The notes: a model not told the origin generated them from the letters alone. DNA of 49,093 nt from Dehalococcoidia bacterium (GCA_963694535.1 CAVODE010000003.1:1-49093), one strand, 5' to 3'; counted from the stretch's first letter, positions 8,925-19,305 are shown. Made by a program: numbers and translations.

Positions 8925-9686
8925 TCAGTTTGTTCCAGTGAATCCTCGAATAATCAGAACGGTTGCAGAGGCAATAAGCAAGGCGATGGTTAGGGATTTG
9001 AATATTTGTTCAGTCATGAGATCTCTGGTTTTCTGAGAAATATAATTCCCTACGAATACGGCTAGTAGTCCAGGGACGGCGTAGTAGATTATTTGCCAAG
9101 AAAACACGCCCATAATCAGTAGAATTATTGTGGTAGGGAGTGCCATTGCAATCATATATGCAAACATTCTTGATCTAATTTGATCAGACCCGCCACCAAT
9201 CCAATGCTGATAAATAATTACGGGTGGCCCAGGCATTGAGACTGACCCACGAAGTAACCCAGAGACGGCGCCCGCGAGAATTTGCAGTTTCATTGTTTCT
9301 TTGTGAGTGTCTGTACTCATTCTTGACCGAATCAAGGTGCCCATCGCACTGATAGCAATCCCGAATCCGACACAAATTAGAATAGTTTGCTCACTGCCAG
9401 CTAATAACACCCAAGCTCCTAGTGGAGTCACTGCTGTTGCTGCCAAGGCGATGGGTAGGATTGATCTAATTTTCGTTCGTGGCGTGTATTCCGCATAGCT
9501 TATTGCTGAAACTCCGAGACCAACTAATTGTGTAAGCGCGATCGCGGATTTAGGGTCGATGAATAACGTTAGTAACGGAACGAGGAGTACGGCATAGCCA
9601 AAGCCAAGAGTTGACTGGGTGTAGGCCGAGAGGCCGATGCAAAAACATATAACGATAGCTTCTGGGACTAAATTAAGATCAAACAT
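8925..9686 (-). CDS. TauE/SafE family (TSUP) membrane transporter
   Basis: Highly hydrophobic, with LGFGYAVLLVPLL and SMPGPPVIIY motifs. Confidence 0.85.
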   Translation of the reverse strand: MFDLNLVPEAIVICFCIGLSAYTQSTLGFGYAVLLVPLLTLFIDPKSAIALTQLVGLGVSAISYAEYTPRTKIRSILPIALAATAVTPLGAWVLLAGSEQTILICVGFGIAISAMGTLIRSRMSTDTHKETMKLQILAGAVSGLLRGSVSMPGPPVIIYQHWIGGGSDQIRSRMFAYMIAMALPTTIILLIMGVFSWQIIYYAVPGLLAVFVGNYISQKTRDLMTEQIFKSLTIALLIASATVLIIRGFTGTN

Positions 9687-9802
9687 GTTGTGCCTTAACG
9701 GGAATACCAAAGAGCTAGTGTACTAAGCATTTTCAGTGATGTATCAAGTATGATTTTCCACGTCTAGTATTTATGATTAGAAGGTAGAACCTAGAGGTGA
9801 AT

Positions 9803-11113
9803 ATGCAGACTGAAGAGTTGATTTGGAAGAACTGGGCTGAGAACCAATCATGCGTTCCACAGCTAATTGAATCCCCGACCACTGAGGAAGAGCTAAGCAC
9901 TGTTATCAGAAAGGCTGTGCAGTCGGATCTAAAAATCAAGGCTGTGGGTACGGGTCATTCCTTTACGGGCACGGCTTTGACCAACGGAGTACTGATCGAT
10001 TTGTCTGATTATAATCAAATTATTGATGTCGACGTTTCTAAGAAACAAGTTACGGTACAGGTTGGCAAAAAACTTGAACATTTGAGCCCTGAGCTTTGGG
10101 ATCATGGGTTGGCGATGTCTGACTTGGGCGATATTGCCTACCAATCGGTAGCGGGGGCAATTTCTACTGGTACACACGGCACAGGTCTGGGGTTCGGCTG
10201 TTTAGCTACACAGGTGGTGTCAGCTCGTGTGATTACTGGTGAAGGTGAACTGATCGACTGCTCTTTAGAAAAAGATGTTGAGTTATTTCGTGCAGCGGTG
10301 GTTGGAGTCGGAGCGGCAGGAATATTGTCGACCGTCACGTTGCAACTTGAGTCCGCATTTAATCTGCATGCACTTGAGATGATGATGCCACTTGAAGAGG
10401 TCCTTTCCAAACAAGAAGACTTTATTCGCGACAACGAGCATTTTGAATATTTCTGTCATCCGAGTATGGATGCTGCTTTCACTAAGCGAAATAATCGCAC
10501 AGAGCAAACTATCTCGGAGTTTTCTAGGTGGCGAAGATGGTACGAGGAAGAATTTTCATACAATTACCTCAGACGAGCAGCTATGGTCGCTACTAAAATT
10601 TCTCCGCGACTTGGCACGCTTATTGGTGATTCTCTACCCTCCGGGACCAGAGAAAACTACGTAGATCGTTCTTACGCCGTGTTTACGTCAGAGCGCAAAT
10701 TAAAATTTGTTGAAATGGAATATTTTATTCCCAGGGAGTTTGCTCGAGAAGCTTTAGAAAGAACACTAGACTTTATACAGAACTCAGGCTTGGAGATATC
10801 GATGCCAATTGAGGTGCGTTGGGCTAGAGCTGACAACTTGCCTCTTAGCATGTGCTTTGGGCGAGAGACTGCATCGATCGCAATTCACGTCAGGCAGAAT
10901 GATCCATTTGAGCCCTATTTCGTTCCTGTTGAAACCATTATGCGTGATTATGGCGGTCGACCTCACTGGGGTAAGATGCACTTTCAGACCGCGGCGACAT
11001 TGAGGGATCTGTATCCAGAGTGGGAGTCTTTTCAGAGAGCCCGAAAGATACTGGATCCGAACGGTCGACTCGCAAATGCCTATACTGATCGCGTGTTAGG
11101 ACCTATTCAGTAG
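9803..11113 (+). CDS. FAD-linked aldonolactone oxidase (L-gulonolactone / D-arabinono-1,4-lactone oxidase family)
   Basis: NWA, VGTGHSFT (covalent FAD His), GAISTGTHGTG, EMEY, PIEVR and RPHWGK motifs. Confidence 0.92.
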   Translation: MQTEELIWKNWAENQSCVPQLIESPTTEEELSTVIRKAVQSDLKIKAVGTGHSFTGTALTNGVLIDLSDYNQIIDVDVSKKQVTVQVGKKLEHLSPELWDHGLAMSDLGDIAYQSVAGAISTGTHGTGLGFGCLATQVVSARVITGEGELIDCSLEKDVELFRAAVVGVGAAGILSTVTLQLESAFNLHALEMMMPLEEVLSKQEDFIRDNEHFEYFCHPSMDAAFTKRNNRTEQTISEFSRWRRWYEEEFSYNYLRRAAMVATKISPRLGTLIGDSLPSGTRENYVDRSYAVFTSERKLKFVEMEYFIPREFAREALERTLDFIQNSGLEISMPIEVRWARADNLPLSMCFGRETASIAIHVRQNDPFEPYFVPVETIMRDYGGRPHWGKMHFQTAATLRDLYPEWESFQRARKILDPNGRLANAYTDRVLGPIQ

Positions 11114-11134
11114 TACAAATCCATCAGACGAGAT

Positions 11135-11902
11135 CTAGAATCTGTAGTATCCGCCATCAATTACGAAGTCTTCACCTGTCTGGTAGGATGAGGCGTCACT
11201 CGCAAGATATACCGCGATGCCGGCGAAATCTTCAGGTTGTCCCCAGCGTCTTACTGGAACTCTCTTAATAACACGTTCTTCGAAGGTCTCGTCACCCACC
11301 CGTGGTGCTGTCATCGCTGTTTCAATCCATCCCGGAATGATGGTATTTGCTGTTATGCCGTATCTAGCTAACTCGACGGAAAGTCCGCGCGTCATAGAAA
11401 TCATGGCACCTTTCGTAGCTGCATATGCTTCGTTCCTTGCGGCACCGTCTAAAGCCGAGAGACTTGAAGTGCCGACTAGACGCCCTCCCTCTCCGCGCTC
11501 AATCATATGTTTTGCGGCCACCCGAAACGTAAAAAATGTACCATCAAGGTTGATTCCCATAACTCGATTCCATACGTCGGTCGGGAATTCGTGAAATGGT
11601 GCGCCACCACCGGCGCCTGCGTTAGCGAAACATGAGTCAACTTTTCCAAATAAATTCAAGGTTTCAGCAAATGCTGCTTCAACTTCATTTTCTTGCGACA
11701 CATCGCACCGAAGTGCTGCAGCCTTGCCACCAACGGCAAGTATTTCTTTTTCAGCCGCAGCATTTTTTTCTGGATTTGTACCCCAGATGCAGATGTCTGC
11801 TCCAGCCTGCGCTAGACCAATCGCCATACCAAGGCCAATGCCGCTATTGCCACCGGTTATGAGGGCTACTTTTCCTGTGAGATCGAAAGGTGCGAATGCC
11901 AT
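11135..11902 (-). CDS. Short-chain dehydrogenase/reductase (KduD / gluconate 5-dehydrogenase-like)
   Basis: FDLTGKVALITGGNSGIG, ANAG, YAATK, PGWIET and IDGGY motifs. Confidence 0.9.
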   Translation of the reverse strand: MAFAPFDLTGKVALITGGNSGIGLGMAIGLAQAGADICIWGTNPEKNAAAEKEILAVGGKAAALRCDVSQENEVEAAFAETLNLFGKVDSCFANAGAGGGAPFHEFPTDVWNRVMGINLDGTFFTFRVAAKHMIERGEGGRLVGTSSLSALDGAARNEAYAATKGAMISMTRGLSVELARYGITANTIIPGWIETAMTAPRVGDETFEERVIKRVPVRRWGQPEDFAGIAVYLASDASSYQTGEDFVIDGGYYRF

Positions 11903-12044
11903 GAGTATTCCTTTACGTTATAAGCCTGAGGCTTTCTAGTTTTGTTTGTCGCGACTACTGTAGTGTCAATTTTTGCTCGTCACAGTGACGATTGTATGTG
12001 AGTTGCCGTTGAAAGTCTTCTGCTAGTTGATTTTAGGTCGGCTA

Positions 12045-12641
12045 TCACAGTCCAACCACAGTAATAACAAAAAAAATACCCAGAATAAATACAATACTGA
12101 AGGCTATCCAGAGAGAGAGCGTGTTGGAGAAGAAGCTATTAGATTTATTGCTTTCTTCCAATCTAGCACTCCTACTCTCCCAAATTGATCGGGCTGATTC
12201 GCCATACCGATTAGTTTCCCTATCTCCAGGTAGACATAGCCAAAACAAATTGAGCGTGACGGATGCAAAAAATGCCAGTACGAAGGGGATGAGTAACGCG
12301 AAATGCCAAAATTCCACATCACCCGTGAATAGAATTAGCCAAAATCCACCAATAAGTAAGATTAGAACACCTACTGGCCAGAAAAATCTTGAACCTGGTC
12401 GCCCAGTATCGTGGAGTCGCCGGACTCCAACCGCCATGGTGGGTAAAAATATAGCAAGTTGGATCAATATGAGAATTACTTCAGGAATGAAATCGGGTAA
12501 CCATGAGTCGATGACGATAATGGATATTAACCAATAGAGCGAGATAAAAAGGATCCAAAACCAATATTCAGACCTTGATGCTCGACCTTTGAATACAAAA
12601 TACTTGACCAGCACAGTACGAATTGCTTCAAAAAAGGTCAT
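12045..12641 (-). CDS. DUF805 (YhaH-like) inner membrane protein
   Basis: KYFVFKGRASRSEYW, AVGVRRLHDTGRPG and NRYG motifs. Confidence 0.9.
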   Translation of the reverse strand: MTFFEAIRTVLVKYFVFKGRASRSEYWFWILFISLYWLISIIVIDSWLPDFIPEVILILIQLAIFLPTMAVGVRRLHDTGRPGSRFFWPVGVLILLIGGFWLILFTGDVEFWHFALLIPFVLAFFASVTLNLFWLCLPGDRETNRYGESARSIWESRSARLEESNKSNSFFSNTLSLWIAFSIVFILGIFFVITVVGL

Positions 12642-12764
12642 CTGTAGCTCAATATATAGATGTGTCTCATGTGTCAACTTATAGTACAGCAGTGATTACG
12701 TTGGTAAGAAGCCCTGATTTATCTCTATACTTTGTATGGCGGGATTATGAGGAGACATGACAGC

Positions 12765-13631
12765 ATGAAGAATGAGTCTGATGGAATAACAGATTTTATG
12801 CCGAAAGCTGGCTGGCCACGTGTAATAGCAGGATTTTTACTCCTAGTTCTTGGTTCATGGGTAGTTATGGGTTTGGCTGCGGCACGAGTATCCTTTGATA
12901 GTGGTGTGCTCTCCGATATCTTTTGGACGGAGATCCTCGTTGTGTTTTGGATAGGGCTTGCGGTCATTAGCTTGCAGATATCTAATACTGCGAAAGATAA
13001 CCCATCTAGATCGCCGGTTGCGCCATACTTGCCACCTTTATGTTCTGCCATCACTCTCCCGGGAATAGCCCTGCTGATTGTATTTCTTTGGGTTGGATTC
13101 GATGAGGCAAGTCAGACAATTCTGAGAATGACGTACAGCTTTTTAGCCTTGGGACTGGCGGGCGCATATTGCTCGGTTATTGGACTTGGTAGGATTCCGG
13201 CGAGGTGGAGACCTCTCAGATGGTTTCTCTATGGTATAGCTGCTGTTGGGGCAATAGAGTCACTCGAAGCACTATGGCTGCATGGTGAGATAAGTACGGA
13301 AGGAACCCTAACAGAGGGTTTTGGGCAAGTTGGAGTTGCATTTATTGTTGCACTGCTTGCGTATTTTATTTTGGCAGGAATTTTGTACAGTATCCTCAAG
13401 GAAACACAGGCTCGTCAGCAGATATTTGTAGTGATGGTCTACCTAATCGCAGCGTTGATTGGTTTTACATTTGGCGTAATTGCACTTTCTGATGAATTTG
13501 AACCAGGACCATTCAGGTTAATTTTGGCATCTACCGTTTTGTTAGCTACCGTAACTCCTCTTCTTGTAGTCTTTCACTGGTGGCCTGAAACTGTCGACAC
13601 TAGGCAGTCAGCTCACATTGAGAGAGATTGA
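12765..13631 (+). CDS. Hypothetical multi-pass membrane protein
   Basis: About 8 hydrophobic segments and an AGGAG RBS upstream. Confidence 0.75.
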   Translation: MKNESDGITDFMPKAGWPRVIAGFLLLVLGSWVVMGLAAARVSFDSGVLSDIFWTEILVVFWIGLAVISLQISNTAKDNPSRSPVAPYLPPLCSAITLPGIALLIVFLWVGFDEASQTILRMTYSFLALGLAGAYCSVIGLGRIPARWRPLRWFLYGIAAVGAIESLEALWLHGEISTEGTLTEGFGQVGVAFIVALLAYFILAGILYSILKETQARQQIFVVMVYLIAALIGFTFGVIALSDEFEPGPFRLILASTVLLATVTPLLVVFHWWPETVDTRQSAHIERD

Positions 13632-14175
13632 GGACTACTTGTCTGACGTACTGATTGAATCTCAACAAGATGATCAACTGCAACTTGCTACGCCGCTGCG
13701 CAGGCTGGCAGCAGCAGTCATTGACGCACTAATTGATATTGCACTCATAGTTTTTCCGATCATTATTTTTATGATCGGTGCTTTTTCGGGAGGTGCACTA
13801 CTAGGTCTTTTCATAATCCTTGGTTTTGCTGTGTTTGCTGGAATTGTTGTCTGGAGAATTATTTGTTTAGGACATGGACAGACACCTGGTAAGGAATTCC
13901 TGTGTTTATTTGTGATGCGTGAGGATGGCTCTCGTTCAGGTGGTTGGTATACATTTTTACGTGAGTGGGTGATTAAGTGGTTCTTATTTTTTGTCGTACT
14001 GTCTTCATTTAGTATTGGTCTGGTGCCAATACTCGCGGGTGCTTGGTTGCTATGGGACCGCAGGCGCCAGACTCTTTGGGATAAGATTGTGTCTACTGAG
14101 ATTGTGTATATTCCCGATGGGAAACGACCATTAACGAATGGAGAAATAGATCGACCATATCGTAGGGGATTGTAA
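13618..14175 (+). CDS. RDD family membrane protein
   Basis: LATPLRRLAAAVID, GQTPGK and RRQTLWDKI motifs. Overlaps the upstream gene. Confidence 0.9.
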   Translation: MREIEDYLSDVLIESQQDDQLQLATPLRRLAAAVIDALIDIALIVFPIIIFMIGAFSGGALLGLFIILGFAVFAGIVVWRIICLGHGQTPGKEFLCLFVMREDGSRSGGWYTFLREWVIKWFLFFVVLSSFSIGLVPILAGAWLLWDRRRQTLWDKIVSTEIVYIPDGKRPLTNGEIDRPYRRGL

Positions 14176-14221
14176 ATAAAGACAAAGCCCCGGTGTTTAG
14201 CCGGGGCTTTGTCTTTATTTA
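14173..14221. terminator. Bidirectional intrinsic terminator between RDD gene and groEL
   Basis: Perfect 21-bp inverted repeat TAAATAAAGACAAAGCCCCGG / CCGGGGCTTTGTCTTTATTTA with a 7-nt loop, between convergent genes. Confidence 0.9.
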
Positions 14222-14238
14222 TTCTGAATAGTGTGTGG

Positions 14239-15921
14239 CTAGAAGCCCCCCATACCACCCATACCACCCATACCACCCATGTCCATACCGCCCATACCGC
14301 CCATATCACCTCCCCCAGGAGGACCCATAGGCGCAAGTGGCTCTGGGATTTCACCCACAGCTACTTCAGTCGTAAGCATAAGACTTGCAATTGAAGTAGC
14401 GCTTTCTAGAGCAACTCGGGATACTTTCACCGGATCAATAATGCCCAGCTCAAACATATCGCCCATTTCGTCTGTTGCTGCGTTATATCCAACTGTATCT
14501 GGAGTAGCGGCCCGTACGTTTTCGACAACAACGCTCGGCTCTTGACCAGCGTTGTCAACAATTTGTCTAAGTGGGGCTTCCAAGGCACGTTGTACAAGTA
14601 CTGCGCCTGTTTTTTCATCTCCTGATAGAGATTCAATCAAAACATCAATCGAGGGCTGTGCTCTAATAAAGGCAACACCACCGCCTGGCACAACGCCTTC
14701 TTCAACGGCTGCGCGTGTTGCAGATAGTGCATCTTCGATCCTGAATTTTTTTTCACGAAGCTCAACTTCAGTCGCGCCGCCAACTTTTATAACAGCAACT
14801 CCTCCGACGAGTTTAGCTAGCCTCTCCTGCATCTTTTCGCGGTCGAAGTCAGACCCTGCATCCTGAATTTGGGCACGAATTTGACGGATACGTTGTTGAA
14901 TCGCCTCGTCCGAGCCAGCACCTTCGATGATAGTAGTCATGCTTGCGTCGGATACGATCCGATGCGCATGCCCCAAGTCTGCTAGTTGAGTGTCAGCAAG
15001 TTTACGACCCATATCATTAGTGATGTAAGTGGCACCCGTTAGTATTGCTAAATCTTCGAGCATAGCCTTTCTTCTGTCACCGAATGAAGGGGCCTTAATG
15101 ATTAGAGGATTCACTGCACCTTTCATCTTGTTCACAATTAATGTCTGCAGTGATTCGCCTTCTAGATCCTCACAAATTATGAAGAAGTTTTTAGAGACGG
15201 CTAACACCTTTTCAAGAAGGGGTAGAAAGTCTTGTAGTGAGTTGATGGCATGATCGGTGATCAAAATATAAGGATCGTCCAATTGTGCTTCCATTCGATC
15301 ATTATTTGTTACAAAGTAGGGGGAAATATACCCTCTATCAATTTGCAATCCATCGACAACTTCAATTTCATCGTCGAGTCCACGCCCATCCTCGATGGTA
15401 ATGACTCCATCTTTTCCAACTTGCTCCATTACGTCACCGATGAGATCGCCGATTCTTTTTTCATTTGCTGAAATTGATGCAACTGATTGAATCATTTCTT
15501 TCTCTTCAACTGGTACCGACTGACTCACTAGGTTTTCAATTGCTACGCGAGTGGCAGCATCCATACCTTTTTTTAGATACATCGGATTTGCACCGGCCGC
15601 GATATTTCGCAAGCCTTCGTGGAACATCGCCTGAGCAAATACAGTCGCCGTAGTCGTTCCATCACCAGCAATATCGTTTGTGCGCACGGCTACGGTTTTT
15701 ACTAACTGAGCGCCCATATTATGGAAACGATCGGTAAGTTCAATTTCACGAGCCACCGTCACGCCATCCTTAGTGATGACTGCCGGCCCATAGTTTTTGT
15801 CAAGTACAACGTTTCGACCTTTTGGTCCAAGTGTTGCACGCACTGAATTAGCAAGAATATCTACCCCATGACGTAATTCACGTCGGGCAGCTTCGTCGAA
15901 GCGAAGTCGCTTAGCAGTCAT
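14239..15921 (-). CDS. groEL: Chaperonin GroEL
   Basis: TLGPKGRNV, ITKDGVTVA, AGDGTTTAT, KAPSFGDRRK and C-terminal GGM repeats. Confidence 0.99.
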   Translation of the reverse strand: MTAKRLRFDEAARRELRHGVDILANSVRATLGPKGRNVVLDKNYGPAVITKDGVTVAREIELTDRFHNMGAQLVKTVAVRTNDIAGDGTTTATVFAQAMFHEGLRNIAAGANPMYLKKGMDAATRVAIENLVSQSVPVEEKEMIQSVASISANEKRIGDLIGDVMEQVGKDGVITIEDGRGLDDEIEVVDGLQIDRGYISPYFVTNNDRMEAQLDDPYILITDHAINSLQDFLPLLEKVLAVSKNFFIICEDLEGESLQTLIVNKMKGAVNPLIIKAPSFGDRRKAMLEDLAILTGATYITNDMGRKLADTQLADLGHAHRIVSDASMTTIIEGAGSDEAIQQRIRQIRAQIQDAGSDFDREKMQERLAKLVGGVAVIKVGGATEVELREKKFRIEDALSATRAAVEEGVVPGGGVAFIRAQPSIDVLIESLSGDEKTGAVLVQRALEAPLRQIVDNAGQEPSVVVENVRAATPDTVGYNAATDEMGDMFELGIIDPVKVSRVALESATSIASLMLTTEVAVGEIPEPLAPMGPPGGGDMGGMGGMDMGGMGGMGGMGGF

Positions 15922-15975
15922 TTAGTGCTCCTAAATTTTCAGATTTGTAAATATGTTATAGACGTTAATCGACTT

Positions 15976-16275
15976 TTAGTCTTCTAGCTTAGCTAATACG
16001 TCTTGATATCGAATGATGATGTAATCTTCTGAATCCACAGATACATCTTGACCTGTGTATTTCTGATAGAGAACGCGATCACCGGCCTTTATGTCATCCA
16101 TGCTCTGGACCTCACCGTTCTCAAGCGGTCGCCCTGGACCTACAGCTACGACATGTCCGTGCTGTGGCGCTTCCTTAGCTGAATCTGGAATAACTAATCC
16201 ACTAGTTGTAATCTCTTCAGCCTCAACAGCCTTAAGAATAATGTGGTCTGTAACTGGAACTACACCTGTTGCCAT
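15976..16275 (-). CDS. groES: Co-chaperonin GroES
   Basis: TTSGLVIPDSAKEAPQHGHVVAVGPG motif, directly upstream of groEL. GAGAGG RBS before MATG. Confidence 0.97.
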   Translation of the reverse strand: MATGVVPVTDHIILKAVEAEEITTSGLVIPDSAKEAPQHGHVVAVGPGRPLENGEVQSMDDIKAGDRVLYQKYTGQDVSVDSEDYIIIRYQDVLAKLED

Positions 16276-16483
16276 ATTTTTCAGTCCTCTCTCATGCTTT
16301 GTTTTCACTATCTTCTTTATTACGTGGTGAAATATTTTTTCACCACATACCTACCAAATCTGAGTAGCATCGGAAAATCCGACTTTATTCCTCATTCTGG
16401 ATTTTTGCTTTTGAGTCGCGTCGACTCCGCCGTCCATATTTAGACGACGAATAAGTTGAAACCCACCGCAAGCAGAAATCATG

Positions 16484-16510
16484 TTAGCACTCTCCTGCCG
16501 AGAGTGCTAG
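16484..16510. promoter_or_regulatory. CIRCE element (HrcA operator) of groESL
   Basis: TTAGCACTC-N9-GAGTGCTAG, one mismatch from consensus, upstream of groES. Confidence 0.93.
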
Positions 16511-16632
16511 GTCCTTATCGAAATCATTTTACGGGCATAGATTATGGGTGTGGTTATGACAGATGCTCACGAACTCGTTTACGATAACGTCACGCGCGTC
16601 AGTGCGATTAGTAAGATTTAGGGAGTCAAACA

Positions 16633-17394
16633 ATGTGTTTTCCGTATGATGCCGAACCGCCAGTCCCTCAAATATTGGGGGCCGCTGTAGAAAATGAAAG
16701 TTTCACGCTTAGAGCTGCGGATGGGAATGAATTTTCAGCATTCTCAGCCAAGGGCGACGGTTCTGAAGAGGCTGCTGTTTTGATTCTGCCGGATGTACGC
16801 GGTTTATTTCACTTTTATGAAGAGCTTGCTCTGAGATTTGCAGAGAGAAATATAGATTCGTTAGCTATCGACTACTTTGGAAGAACAGCAGGTCTTGGTG
16901 CACGTGCGGAGGAATTTTCTTGGCAAGAGCATGTTGCACAGTCAACTTTCGAAGGCGTTAAAAGTGACGTCGCAGCAGCCGTCGAATATCTCCAAGGGGA
17001 AGACTCATCTCGCCCAATTTTTACATTAGGTTTCTGTTTTGGTGGTTCAAATTCTTGGCATCAGGCAGCGAACGGTCATGGATTGGCTGGGGCTATTGGC
17101 TTTTACGGACACCCAGATAGACCTGATTTCCCTCAAGGTGCATCAGGCGTGATTGAGAGAATTGGCGATATCTCATGTCCCATACTTGGACTGATGGGTG
17201 GAGCTGATCAAGGTATACCTAGTGACATTGTTAATAAGTTTGATCGAGAATTAACGGCGAGTAGCATTGAACATCAAATAGTCACCTATCCTGACGCGCC
17301 ACATTCTTTTTTTGACAGACACTTTGAGGAGTTTGCCAGTGAGTCTGCTGACGCCTGGGGGAAAGTTCTAGCGTTCATTGCAGAAAATTCTTAA
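16633..17394 (+). CDS. Dienelactone hydrolase family protein
   Basis: LPDVRGL, GFCFGG nucleophile motif, GGAD and YPDAPHSFF. Confidence 0.92.
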   Translation: MCFPYDAEPPVPQILGAAVENESFTLRAADGNEFSAFSAKGDGSEEAAVLILPDVRGLFHFYEELALRFAERNIDSLAIDYFGRTAGLGARAEEFSWQEHVAQSTFEGVKSDVAAAVEYLQGEDSSRPIFTLGFCFGGSNSWHQAANGHGLAGAIGFYGHPDRPDFPQGASGVIERIGDISCPILGLMGGADQGIPSDIVNKFDRELTASSIEHQIVTYPDAPHSFFDRHFEEFASESADAWGKVLAFIAENS

Positions 17395-17442
17395 CCGGCC
17401 TAACGTTGGTGTTAAGTTTCGGCATAAGATTGGTGTTTCTAA

Positions 17443-18351
17443 ATGAAATTTAGTATTTGGCCTCATTTAAGTGGAAAATTCAGCGATCTTATTGATATAT
17501 GTTCGAAGGCCGAAGCATCTGGCTGGGATGGAATTTGGGTAGCGGATCATTTCATGCCAAATACTGGAGATAAGTCTACGGGATCAGGACCGACGTCTGA
17601 GGCGTGGACTACGCTCTCAGCAATTGCAGCTTTAGTACCGAGGGTTCGCATTGGAACTTTGGTGAGCGGAAACACATATCGTAGCCCCGCAGTTCTTGCA
17701 AAAATGGCGGCAGAGGTGGACGTTATAAGTAATGGTCGCCTCGTACTCGGGTTAGGGGCAGGGTGGCAGGAAAACGAACATTTGGCCTATGGCATTGAAT
17801 TTTCGACAGTCGGGGGCAGGCTTGCTCGCCTCAAAGAGAGTATTCAAATAATCAGATCCCTTTTCGATGAAGAATTCACAAGTTTCTCAGGTAAGTATTA
17901 TGAAATCACGGATGCGCCACTTAGCCCGAAGCCAGTTCAGGCTCATCTTCCGATTCTTGTAGGTGGGGGTGGCGAGAAAGTTACATTGAAAATTACTGCA
18001 ATGTTTGCTGATGAGTGGAATGTTTGGGGTAGTCCTGAAGTATTGAAACAGAAAGGGCATATTTTAGACCAGCACTGTGAAGCGATCGATAGAGATCCAC
18101 AAGAGATCAGGCGGTCAGCTCAGGCGTTATTTTTTGTTTCAAAAGATGCGGCTGCGGTTGACCGAGCCAAGGAAAATGCGACGGATCGATTGATAGCAGG
18201 CAGCCCGGATGAAATGGTTGAGGTTATTGCGCAGTATGCTGAGGCCGGAGTCAATGAACTGATTGTGCCCAACTTTAATATGGGTAATACAAATAAAGTG
18301 AACGAGACTTATGACTTTTGGATGCAGGATGTTATACGTCAGCTAGGCTAG
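17443..18351 (+). CDS. LLM-class F420-dependent oxidoreductase
   Basis: WVADHFMP, LVSGNTYRSPAVLAKMA, GLGAGWQENEH..YG and GGGGEKVTL motifs. Confidence 0.92.
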   Translation: MKFSIWPHLSGKFSDLIDICSKAEASGWDGIWVADHFMPNTGDKSTGSGPTSEAWTTLSAIAALVPRVRIGTLVSGNTYRSPAVLAKMAAEVDVISNGRLVLGLGAGWQENEHLAYGIEFSTVGGRLARLKESIQIIRSLFDEEFTSFSGKYYEITDAPLSPKPVQAHLPILVGGGGEKVTLKITAMFADEWNVWGSPEVLKQKGHILDQHCEAIDRDPQEIRRSAQALFFVSKDAAAVDRAKENATDRLIAGSPDEMVEVIAQYAEAGVNELIVPNFNMGNTNKVNETYDFWMQDVIRQLG

Positions 18352-18380
18352 CAAAATACTTTACGGGAATACCTAACAGT

Positions 18381-18950
18381 TTATATACGTTCTTCGAGTA
18401 GAGACCAAACCATATTTTCTGTTTGAGTTGTTGCGTGCCCTTCTCTAAGAATCCTTACCAATAATCTGCTGTCATATCCAAATTCTGACAGATACTGTTG
18501 TATCTCTTCCACGCGTTCATTTGCTTGAAGAATTACGGCGAGCACTAGCTCCCATTCAGGTGGGGTACAAGGAATACGATGTCCGTCTAAGGATCCATGA
18601 TTCAAGGCATTCCAGAGAGAAGGAATCTGTACAGGAGAAAATCTCTCCCCTGCACCCTCGAATACCGGATCACCCATTACGAAGATAGGTATCTCCTCCC
18701 GGGTGAGTTGGAGTCGCGTACCAGACACCACCGCCGAGGATATGTGGTCAGGTTCTTCTCCGAGCATTTTGCCTATAGTCGTAACTATTTTATCCGTAGT
18801 CATAAATTCGATAGTGTCGTATTGAGTGTTCAGACCTTGCAACTGGAGCGAGCCGCTACCGATCAAGGCCCAATCAGTGGGTTCCGGCGTGGCTTCTTCC
18901 ATCACACTAACAAGGATTCTGAGTACTGTTTTATAAGTTTGTGTCAGCAT
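18381..18950 (-). CDS. Hypothetical protein with nucleotidyltransferase-like N-terminus
   Basis: WALIGSGSLQLQG resembles the hGS motif of pol-beta NTases, but the DxD motif is not canonical. AAGGA RBS. Confidence 0.6.
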   Translation of the reverse strand: MLTQTYKTVLRILVSVMEEATPEPTDWALIGSGSLQLQGLNTQYDTIEFMTTDKIVTTIGKMLGEEPDHISSAVVSGTRLQLTREEIPIFVMGDPVFEGAGERFSPVQIPSLWNALNHGSLDGHRIPCTPPEWELVLAVILQANERVEEIQQYLSEFGYDSRLLVRILREGHATTQTENMVWSLLEERI

Positions 18951-19056
18951 GATTGTCCTTATTAGTCGACCCAGTTAAGGGCCTTGAATGGTATCTCTAA
19001 ATAGCCTCAATGGCGATAATCAATCGCTTAATGAAGTTTTTCGGTATTATCATTGT

Positions 19057-19131
19057 GGGCCTGTAGCTCAGTGGTAGAGCAATCGGCTTTTAACCGATTG
19101 GCCGTGGGTTCGATCCCCACCGGGCCCACCA
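19057..19131 (+). tRNA. tRNA-Lys (anticodon UUU)
   Basis: GGGCCTG/CGGGCCC acceptor stem, AGCTCAGTGGTAGAGC D-arm, ATCGG-CTTTTAA-CCGAT anticodon arm, GTTCGAT T-loop and encoded CCA. Confidence 0.98.
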
Positions 19132-19305
19132 ATCCTTCACTCTTTGTTCCTTTTTAAAATAATTAGAAACGGCCGTGGTTCTGCCAGGTTATTTTTAATT
19201 TTGAACCTGCTGAAAAATGGGTGTTGTGATCAGGCCTGCTGTTTCTGCACCGAGTGCATGTGCTTTGATCAAGCTATATTAGTTGGGAATGTGGAGGTGT
19301 GAAAT

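Noticed and set aside
14240-14305. Tandem CCCATACCA repeats (His/Thr-rich ORF 14209-14394)
   Set aside because: These are the antisense of GroEL's normal GGM tail, not a CRISPR, VNTR or separate gene.
13674-14354. 226-aa minus-strand ORF and the many other 60-140 aa overlapping ORFs in the track
   Set aside because: They are antisense or off-frame shadows of well-supported genes with no family motifs.
19057-19305. tRNA-Lys as a genomic-island integration site
   Set aside because: No integrase is adjacent and I saw no duplicated tRNA 3' end in the window.
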